Shown here piece after piece: positions 14,693 to 25,487 of a stretch of 64,000 nt of DNA. The notes under the pieces were generated by a model, which did not search any database, had not been told where the DNA came from, and worked only from the letters and a program-made list of their open reading frames with translations. The stretch's first letter is position 1. Each line of letters begins with the position of its first letter. The stretch spans positions 186,001-250,000 of the forward strand of contig MCFH01000004.1 of assembly GCA_002104945.1 (NCBI GenBank), read 5' to 3'. The stretch comes from Piromyces finnis finn (taxonomy: Eukaryota > Fungi > Neocallimastigomycota). Both the position numbers and the translations under genes were made by a program.

Positions 14693-14996
14693 ATTATTTA
14701 AGCACCTATTGAAAAACTACTTTTTTAATTTTTATAACAAAATATTATCTAAAAATAGGTCGTATTTAATAAGTTTGTTAATTATTTTAAAAGTTTTTTA
14801 TTTGATGGTTGTTAAATTATAATATTCATACACAAACAATATAATTTATGTATATATTACTGATTATAATTTTAACCTTTTTCAGCTTATTAAAATGAAA
14901 GATTACATAAAGAATATTACATATCATATATTATTATATATAAATAGATGAGTTTTATATAGTTTTAACTTTTTTTTTCATAGGTGCTTAAATAAT
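14693..14996. mobile_element. MITE-like 304-bp segment bounded by inverted repeats
   Basis: ATTATTTAAGCACCTA (14693-14708) and its exact reverse complement TAGGTGCTTAAATAAT (14981-14996). The match extends about 6 more bp after a 1-nt indel. The interior is non-coding and AT-rich. Confidence 0.4.
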
Positions 14997-16729
14997 TGTG
15001 ATTTATTAATTAAGGTATATGCAAATAACTATGATAAAACGTGTTATATATCCATTAATAATAATAAAGTATTATCTAAAAATAATGTTTTATTGATATA
15101 GGTTGGTATTCATAATAATTAAATATAAATTATTATATTTTTTAAAATAATATTAATATATGTATATATTAATAAATAGATTAAATAGTTTATTACAAAA
15201 TGTTATATTTTGTAGTTGTTACATATAAAAAATTGAATATAAAAGTAGAATGTGGGTGTGTCTTTTTATAGTTAAAATAAATACATGTTAAACAAATTAT
15301 GTATTTATTTTTTGATAAAAAAATTTGCATTAATATTAAATTTTATTTCTTCAAGTGTTTAAAAAAATTTTTTTACTATATATATATATATATAACACTA
15401 ATACATACTAATTAAACTAATATAAATACTTTAAAGGATTCAAGCATCTTAAAAACACCGAGACATATAGAAATAATAGTTTTGATTTATGTAAAAGAAT
15501 CTAAAATTTTTTACATAGCTAACTTTTGTAACAACAACACATTCAGCTGTTACGTAAATAAGTTGACTTTGTGTAACATATAAGATTCACAAAGATTATT
15601 CTTAAATTCTATGAGTCTATATTTTTATTTTACTTTGGAGGAGAAAAGGTATCTTTTAAATGATTAAAGAATAATATATATAAATAAATATAGAAATTAT
15701 ATTATTTATAACAATGAAAATTTTAAATAACAAAATATTTAAATAAATATTTTCCATAATATAAATTTATTGATAACTTTCTAATAGTTTCATTGTTTTA
15801 AATAAACTATTAAATGTAGGCTAAAGGTGTTTCTTCAGATTATAGTAAAATCAGTTCAAAATAAAAAAAGATTTTACTCTTTTTTTTTTTAGATTATCAA
15901 TTTTAATTTATTTTATTTATTTATTAATCAACTGATGTTTTTCAAGTTAAATACATTATAGGTATATTTTTTTTTTAAAAAAAAAAAAAAACAATAATCA
16001 TTAATTTCATTTCTATAGTATAATTTTTCTTTAAAAAAAAGATAATAAAATTAATTACTCTACTTTTAAATATCTCAATAATAATTAATAGTAATAATTA
16101 ATACTTTAATATTTAAATATATTATTAGAAAGTTAGGAAATCATTAGATAATTATTTTGATAATAATATTATATTTCATGAAAAGTTAAATTATATTTTT
16201 TTTCATGTTTTTCAATATTTATATCTATACTATATTCAATATTACATTTAAATAAATGGTTTAATAATAATACATATGATTTATGATTTGCTTCTATTCA
16301 TAATGGATTTTTAATTCATAATAAATGAATACAAATACATAAAAAGAATGAAATAACTTTGTAGACTATTTTTTTAGATTATTCTGAAATTCTATTGAAT
16401 CTTTTATAAAATAGATGATTCTATATTTTTTTTAAAAATAAAAAAATACCATCACTTTTTTAAGTGATGAAAAAATAAAATAAGAAATATTAACAAATAT
16501 TAACAACTATATATATATATAAAATATGATTATTTTTAAAAAAGTAATTATTAAATAAATAGTTAACAAAATTATTAAATTATTTGATATATTTAATTTA
16601 TTTATTTATTTATACACAGAATATACTTTTTTAAAAACAAAATAAAACAAAACAAAACAAAAAAGACTTTAAAAAAATTAATTTTATAATTTCAGTTATT
16701 TTTTAAATAAAAAAAAAAAAAACTTAATT

Positions 16730-17935
16730 CCATACCAATCAGTAAAGAATCTGAAATTTTTTCATTAGAAAGTAATTCTGTAAAAAGAATTTTATATCCT
16801 TCTGTTGAAGATTTTATTTTTGACGATAATGAAGGTATTACTAACATAGATTTATATTATGATAATAAAAATACAACAAGAGGAATAATTAATTTAGAAA
16901 ATAAAGAAGTAAATAGTAAAATAAGTTTACAATAATAATTGAATTAATGCTTTAAACAATACAAATAATACATTATATATTAATATTCTTCCATTATTTG
17001 TTAATAATTTATTATATTATTATATATTTTTCTTTTTTATATAATAAATTAAATTATAAAAGAGTGATTCAATTCAATTTGAAGGAAATAGAGATAAAAA
17101 AATTACTCTTAAATATTTGAATAAAAAATATTCATTTATCAATGGAATATTATACCTTAAAACTAAATTAAAGTATTTTGATATATGATATAAGGACTTG
17201 GAAAACATATAAATAAAATTTCCCCATAAAAATCAATTTAAATTCGAAGAAATTACAAAAGTCTTTACCGGAATGAGTATTGAAAACTTATAGATATTTA
17301 ATAAAGTCACGTTATATGAAAAAAGTTTTTTCAATAAATGATAATATTATTAATATTAAGAGTATCAATAATCAATAATAATAATACTTCTTAAAGTGAA
17401 TTAAAAATTGATGAGGGATTTTTAGAGTTATCTCAATGTTTTATTGATCAGTAAATATATTATATTATTTTTTTCTAGAAAAGTTATTTAATAATTAATA
17501 GGATGATCAAAAAACTAACTCATATTGTTATCATAGTTTTGAATTTTTAGTAAATAGTAAAAAGTATTATATTAATGGAAAGGTATAAAATGATATAACA
17601 CTACATAAATAATATATAATATATCATTTTTTTTATTTAAAATATATAAAAAGACTTGGTGAAAATATGGCTGATAATGATGATATATCAAAAGAATACA
17701 ATTCATAGCAACTCTCATCATTAAAAAATCCGGAAAAGGCTCCTCAACATAATAAATAGCTTTATAATTTTTCTGATTATACTAATAATCAATTAACTAT
17801 TTTATATTTCTTATAGTTAATACTTTTGAAAGATATAGTTGATGTTCATTCTTCATACAAAATTTGTATTAGTTTATTGCTTTCAAATACAGATTTTCAA
17901 AAGTTTTTAATTATTTATCTAGACCACCAATAAAT
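16730..17935 (+). pseudogene. M13 (neprilysin/ECE-like) metallopeptidase pseudogene, C-terminal part
   Basis: Residual frames read FLELSQCFIDQ, YHSFEFLVNSKKYYINGK, LGENMADN (17655-17678), DYTNNQL/FYISYS*YF* and DVHSSYKIC...LSN. These match the M13 motifs CFIDQY, NG..TLGENIADNGG, QLFFISYAQ.WC and D.HSP..R. Several in-frame stops, frameshifts and relic introns. The 5' boundary is uncertain. Confidence 0.65.
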
Positions 17936-18329
17936 TCAAAAAGTAAATATATATTTTGGCAAAATAAAATATAAAAAAAAAATAAACTGAAGGAAAATCT
18001 ATATCATTAAAAGTAAAAAAAAAAGGTTATTCTTGAATGTAGAGATCAAATTTAATATTATTATGAAAGATCTATGTGAAAACAAAAATAAAAAATAATG
18101 TTTAGGATTAAAAAAAAAAAAGAGGTTCTTTTTTTTTATCATGAATAATAATAATAGTAATAATAATAATAATATAAAGTGATTATTATTATAGCTTTTT
18201 TTTTTTTAAATTTACATAGTAATTTAGTTAATATAAAACTTTTTTAGCCTTTTATTTTCAATTAATATTTTTAGATATTGCATAACCAATTTTTTTTATA
18301 TTTAATTATATTTCATTAATTTTTTAATT

Positions 18330-18620
18330 CACCAACTGTATTTCCATTGGTTTGAAAAAGGTGGTCCTATCATTCATTTCTATATTTAAGTAAAGTTTCA
18401 TACTATGTTCCATATTACTCAGTTCCAATAAAATATAAAAACAAGATTGGAAGAGTTCAATTACTTATTATTAAAACTATCATACAGAATATTAATGCTT
18501 ATGAATCATTAAAAATAACTTTTTATAATGTTAACATTTATTATTTAATTGGCATTTAAGGTTGTTCGTCTTTATGTCATTACCTATTCATTATCAATTA
18601 TCAGCTATTAAGTCTATTAA
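18330..18620 (-). mobile_element. Possible decayed retroviral-type integrase core fragment
   Basis: Minus-strand relic words LIDLI, TE*YGT*YET and HLFQTNG are spaced like the integrase motifs MDFI, SD.GTQF.S and HPQTNG. Heavily interrupted. Confidence 0.3.
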
Positions 18621-20722
18621 TTGTATTCTAAATGATATGTAGCAATAGATTTAACTAGTGATTTAAAAATTGAGGATAATTTCATAAAGACTTCAATAAG
18701 GATAATGAAATTAATAATAAACTTCTCATAATAGTATTGAAATAGAATAATTAATAATAATATTTAAGTAAGAAATAATAATTTGTATATATTAATTATA
18801 TAAATTTATATTAATAAAAGGTTAGAAAATTAATGGGTTAGTTTAATTAATACTATCGAATATCGAATATAGTATATTATTCATGAATTAATTATTCTAT
18901 TTTTTTTATAATTAACCATTATTTTGTTCTTAAGAAACAAAATTAGTATGTACTATAGGTATTTTCATGAAAGAAAGAGCTTGTGTTAATTTGCTTTTTT
19001 TTTTTTTTAAATAATATTTCTCATAATAATTTATCTATATATCGATCTTTAATAAGTTTAAAAATTAAATATTTAATTTGGATAAGGTTATAATATATAA
19101 TTTTTAATATATATAACCTAATAAATAGTTATGCTGTTTCTAAGAACAGTCAACATCAAAAAAACAATATTAAATAAAAACGAACAGAGAAATTTTTGTA
19201 AATGCCAAACAAAAAATTGTTGACTTTAACTCTTTTTAAATAGCTTTATTTTTTTTATTATTATTAATCAATAGTAATCAATACTTTGTAAATTTAAATT
19301 AAATATGAAGAAAAAGCAATATTATAATGGAAATTATAAATTTTACATTGTTAAATATTTACAATAATTCAGTTTTTATTTAAACTCATCACTATACTTA
19401 TTCATTTTATAATATTTAAAAGTTTTATAATAAACACTAATATAAAGGAATAAAACTCATTAATAATGAAATTTTCAGTAAACCCATAAAGTTAATGATG
19501 TTAAATAATATTACAATATTTAAGTTTTTTTTTTTTTTTCTTTTTTTATTATTTTTATAGTAATGATATGATTTTTTAAATAAATAATTATTATATAATA
19601 GATTTATTTTCCCTTTCAAGATATATGTTTTTAATTTTTATGTTAACTTTTCTTTTAAATGATTATATCTTATGTTTTTTCAATAATTATAATATATATA
19701 AATATTTTAAATTTCACAAATATTATAATTCATTCGTATTTATTTAACAATGACAGACAAATAGAATAGGCTATCCTTTTATTACTATTGCCCTTTTTCT
19801 TTTTTAAAGTATGAACTATGGAAAGGTATATATAAAGTATTTATTTTCATAGTCATATAACAACATATTAATATTTTAATAAAATAGAATCAAGGACAAA
19901 ATATTTATATATAATTATGAAAAAATGAAAATAAATCAATAATAATAGTTAATAAATTAAATAGGAATATAAGATATCCTCTTTTTCTTTCTTTTTTATA
20001 TTTAAGACCTTTTTTTCTTTATAAAATAAAAAAACATATAATATATATAATTTTGAAATATCATAATCATTTAACTATTAATAATTAATATATTAAAATT
20101 TTTTATCCCACAACCTATCATTTAATTTAAATGGTTAATTAAAAACATACTTTTTTTATAATTATTGTTACACTGGGCAAAAAAAAAATTATTGGATTGC
20201 CTTTTTAAAAGATTAAATATAAAATTAGAATAATATTTTTATTAAAGGAAAATATAAAAGCCGAAAAAAAAGTATGACAATTTTAGTTTTTAAATAATAA
20301 ACAATAAATAATAAATACTTATATAATAATATAGTATTATTTTAATAAAGGTCTTTATTTTTAATATTTTTTTTTCAATACTATAATTTTTTTTAAAAAA
20401 AGAAAAATTATTGTGGTTAAATTATAATTTTTTTTATTATTATCTTTTTTTTATATAAATTAAATTTTTGTGTATTTTTTTATATATATTAATAAAATGA
20501 TTTTTTTTTTTCATATGAAAAAAATTTTCCTTCAATCTTATTTATTATAATATATAAATAATATATTCATGTATATATTAAATAATTTTAATAAAATTAT
20601 AATCATATGACTAAAATAAATTTATTTTAAATTAAAATATATTTTATTAATAATTTAAGTTTTAATTTTAATTTAAGATTTTATTGAATAATGAAAATCT
20701 TCAATATAAAAAAGAATATAGG

Positions 20723-20724
<2 letters not shown>

Positions 20725-20792
<68 letters not shown>

Positions 20793-21324
20793 TTCCGAGT
20801 GCATTTCTCCCATCGATCAGAATTAGCTCCAATGGTGGTTCTTAGAGAAACGTTGGCTCATTCCTATTGCTAGGTGGTTGTGACCCTCCTGGTCTGTCAT
20901 ACTGTTTCTTCAGCTTCGACGCTCACTTAATCCATGTACATTAGATGCATGTCGTTGTACGATATTTCACAACTACAATGCTAAGCCTCTTATAGTCAAT
21001 TTGATCACGTGTCAACCGCCCCCTAATGTTTACACTTAAATTGATTAAGGAATATTATGTGTTTTTGGCATAGCCTAAGTCACCACTTATTAAGTTCTAA
21101 TTTGGAATGTACCATGTACACTAGACCCTCTCAGGCCGGCTAGACGAGTGTTATTATCATAGTAGTAAATTAGAAAGTTCATTTATACTTACCTGAATAT
21201 CATAACCCAACCCATGGCAAACCCAGTGGGAAAATCCACAGGCACTGACATCTGCGGGGTCGAACCAGAAGCCTTATGTATGCTAAGGAAACGCCTTAAC
21301 AACCAGGATAAAAACTGGAACGAC
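20725..21324 (-). mobile_element. Full-length tRNA-Ala(AGC)-derived SINE with 65-nt poly(A) tail and 13-bp TSD
   Basis: The direct repeat AAGAATATAGGAA at 20712-20724 and 21325-21337 flanks a GC-richer 535-nt body plus an uninterrupted T65 (20725-20789). The minus-strand head GCG-TTTCC-TTAGCAT-ACATA-AGG-CTTC-TGGTTCGACCCC has exact tRNA-Ala spacing (compare yeast GCG-CTCCC-TTAGCAT-GGGAG-AGG-TCTC-CGGTTCGATTCC). B box at 21256-21266. Confidence 0.9.
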
Positions 21325-24300
21325 AAGAATATAGGAAAGGGTTAGTAAAATTTAGAAAAAATATTGTATTTTTAAAAGAGAGTAATAATATATTCCTTTT
21401 TTTTTTTTATAATAGTATAATATATAATGTCATTTTTAAATACAGAATAGATATTATATATATGTACATAGACATATAGTATTCCTATTTAGAATATATT
21501 TCCATAATCCTATTTAATAAAAATAATAATACTTATCATGTTTAATAATATCTAAGAATTTAAATAAACAACTTTATAAAAATAATTATAAAAATTTTTT
21601 ATTGATTGAATATGTGATTCATATTTAAATTAAATTAATTATTAAATAAAAAAGTGTCTCATTTAAAAAAGAATTGAAGTCATATTTACAATAAAAAAAA
21701 AAAATAAACTTTAATCTTCTTTAATGTCTTTTTTAAAATAAATATATATATATTATTTGTTATCATCATTTATCCTTGCTTTATCCGGCCGTATATTTCA
21801 TGCTTAAACAGTTTATAACATATTAAGAATTTAAAATTAACACATTTATCATTCAAAGTACAAATGAAAATTTAGTTTATTAAATAAGCTTTTATTAATA
21901 ATATATTATATTTATATATATTTTTCCAAGACAATAAAAATACATAACAAATTAAATTATATGTTAAGTTAAAGAAAAAAATAATAAATACATTATTAAT
22001 TAATATGATATTATTATTTTTTATGATTAAAATATAATATGTCGTTTTAAATATACCATTTAAAAAAAGTATATTCAAATTATTATTAAAAGAGAAAAAA
22101 AAAGTAATGTGGCGACTTTGGATCTTTACAGGAAATAAAAAAAATGACATGATTATTAGCCGTAATTAATAAAACATGATGTTTTAATATTATTAATATT
22201 AAAGTTTATCTTTTTGATAATTAAGAAATTAATTTATTTTTTAACAATTAAAGTTTTATATTAAATAAAATTAATTAATGTATATTACTAATATTTTAAT
22301 TTGTTCCCTCCAAGCTAAATATTATATATTGTATATATATTATAATATATATATCGAATTCTAAACAATAAATTATTATTATATGTATTATATTTATTGA
22401 GTTATAAAATTAACTAAAAAAATTTTAACACACTTAAAAAAGATCATCATTTTGTTCGACCTTTGAAGGATAGATGGTATAGTTTAAATAAAACTTTGTT
22501 ATTAATAATTAAAGATGTGCTATTTACATAAAAAAAAAAAGGAAATTTCTTATATAGCCTTTTATTATTTAAAGTATAAAAGTCTTATTTGTTATTTATA
22601 AAAAGGTACAATTATTAATATTAGTAGTTAGTAGCACTATTACTGCTATTACTACTAATACTACTATTACTAAGTTTTAAAAAGAATATTCTTAATTATT
22701 ATAGTATAAATTATATAATTTATAAAAATTGTTTATTCTGATTATTACTCATTTTATCTGTACTGCTTTTTTTCTTCTATTATTCATAGCATCATCATGA
22801 TTGATATTCCAAAAAAAGGATTATAATATTATAATAAATAAATAAATAAATAAATATAAAATTTGCTATTAATAAAAGTATTAATTATAACATTACAAAT
22901 GAATGAATAATACTTTTTAATTTATATTTTTAATTGTTTTTTTTTTATTATTTTCCTAAAAATATAATTATTAGGGTTTACAATAAGATTTATATCATTT
23001 TTATATCTACTGATTTAATATATTTATTTTTTTTTAAAAAAAAAAGGAAAAAAAAACAATTTAACTAGTAATTAAAAAATATTTTTAATTTACAATTAAT
23101 ATATTTTAATTAAAATAAATATAAAAACAAAATTAAAATTAAATTTTTTTTAATTTTATATATTAATATTATTTCAATGAGTAAATTTTTATTATTATAT
23201 AGGAAATGGTTGCACAAAACTGTATGAGGTAAAAATTAATAACAAAAAAGGTTAATATTTATTAAATTTTTATTTGTATATCAAATAGAGGATTGTTAAG
23301 CATTTTAAAGAAGTTATAACTACAAATAAATAGAAATTAATATTAAGATTTAAAGCAATAAATAAATACTATCAATGATTCATTATTATTTTAAATTGTA
23401 ATTTTTATTATAGCATAATACCTTTTTTGTATAGTTCCTTTCAAAATGAATAATTCAATTTTTTATATAATATTAACATTTTCTATTTTAATATTCTATC
23501 TCCATCTTACTTTATTTATTTTTTCATATTTTTTTATTGACTAATATTAAATATAATAAATAAATAATTATTCTATTATGAATAATAATTGTGTAACATT
23601 TAATATAACAATTAATTAAATGTAATTTTTAATTAAAAACTTATTAAATATACTAAGAATAAAAAGATATGTAATTTTAAAATATATTGTGGTAATAACC
23701 AACGATTCTTCTTTTTTTTTTTTTATTTTATTATTATATAAAAAAATCATTTTATATAAGGATTGTATAAACAATATAATAAATAAATAAATTAACCTAA
23801 AATAATATATGCATGAATATTCATTATATATATTGGTTTTCAAACTATGAAGATCATTCATTCATATTATAGATGATTTTGTTCATTAATATAATATAAT
23901 CCTTAAATGATATAAATATGAATAATATAATATATTACATATAATATATATTATAATTAATTATAATAACCTTAATAAAAAAACAAAAGAAAAAGTATAA
24001 ATAATATATTATAAATAAATTTTATAATATATGATATCCATCCATTAATTTTAGTAAAGTTTAATCTTTTTGTGTAAGGATACATCAAGAATACTATTTA
24101 ATTAAGTTTGGGTATAGTCGTCACCTGGTTATTGATTGGTTTTTATTCATATATAAACTTTATTTATATTTAAATGAACTTTTTTTAGAATTTCAATTAT
24201 CATTATTTAATAATATTCATCCTATTATTAAATAATAAAATATGATTAAGTTATTTATATTAAACAATGGAATAATATAAATATTAAATATTATCATTGT

Positions 24301-25487
24301 CATATTAATATTATATTTTGTATTATATTATCATATTATAAATATATATTATTTTTATTCTTCCTATTTTTTGTTTATTTAATTATTTATTACAATTATC
24401 ATATTCTACTTTAAATTAATGATTGTAGTTATATTGTACTATATAATATTAATTTTAATATTTATTAAAGTTTAAATAACTATATTTAATTGTTTTTGTA
24501 TATTATGTTAATATAATATATATTATTTTAATATAATGAGTAAGGGAAAAGTCAACTTTTCATATTAATCTTATAATTAAAGCTAATTTACATTATATTG
24601 CTATATAATCGTTTTTTTTTTTTTTTTACTAGAAATCATTTTTGATATAAATAAGAATTATTTTTCTTTCTGTTTTATTTTTTTATCTATTTTTATTTCT
24701 TATTTTTTAATAATTTAAATCCTTATAAAAAAAAGTAATTTTTTTTCTTTTTATTATTAAAAAATTTAAGTAGAAATTTTATTATTAAATAAAATAAAAT
24801 AATAAAATTTATATATAAAAATATTAGATAAAGATTATCTTTTTATTTTTATATATCCAAGAAAAAAAAAAAAGCATAAAAAGAAAAAAGCTTTTTAAAT
24901 ACTTAAAATAAGAAGAAAAAAAAAATTTATTTATATATATAATAAACCAAAATATACTAAAAAAAGTTTGTAGACCTTTTTAATATAAATAATATTAATA
25001 ATATATTAAATTTTAATATGATAAATTTTTTATGTATTTTGACCAATAAAATATTATATATTAAAAGTAGAAATATATATATAAATAGAATTTTTTTTCT
25101 TTTTTCACCTCAATATATTAGTATTAGACGTTTTTTTAAAAAATAACTTTTTAAAAAAAGAATAATAATCAATATACTATCTTTTATATATAATACACTA
25201 TTATTAAAAGTAATATATTAATAAAAAAAAGTTATGAAAAAAAAATATATTTTTAAAATGGTCAAAATATTGTTTATTTTCAAATATAATGGAAAATCAA
25301 AAATATTATTATAAATATAACAAAATATTAACATAAATATAACATTTTAATAATTATAGATTTAACGTCTGGTCACGTATAAAAATTGTATTATAAGTAA
25401 ATATATTTTTATGAGTAAATTTTATAAAATGTAAAGAGTATAAATTAATAAAAATAATGTAATTATAAAAATAGATTAAAAATCAAA

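Noticed and set aside
20895-20975. Hammerhead or HDV-like ribozyme in the SINE (CTGAAGA, GAAA and GGCCGGC words)
   Set aside because: The stems required around the core nucleotides could not be formed by eye; an Infernal search would settle it.
21125-21142. 18-nt identity (TAGCCGGCCTGAGAGGGT, minus strand) to a recalled bacterial 16S rRNA segment
   Set aside because: The flanks do not continue the rRNA sequence, and the match is too short to support an rRNA origin.
21185-21260. U1 snRNA gene on the + strand (starts ATACTTACCTG)
   Set aside because: It lacks the U1-70K loop (GATCACGAAG) and an Sm site at the expected positions and lies antisense within a TSD-bounded retroposon. It is treated as a splice-donor or U1-like fragment instead.
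21245-21324. Functional tRNA-Ala gene
   Set aside because: No acceptor stem, a disrupted D arm and anticodon stem, and a bulged T stem; it is the SINE head.
13430-24000. Short Ile/Phe/Lys/Tyr-rich ORFs (13430, 19437, 20691, 21872, 23616; similarly 4476, 33064, 54244, 59470)
   Set aside because: Compositional artefacts of AT-rich, homopolymer-rich DNA; the 20691 ORF is the SINE poly-T read as poly-Phe.
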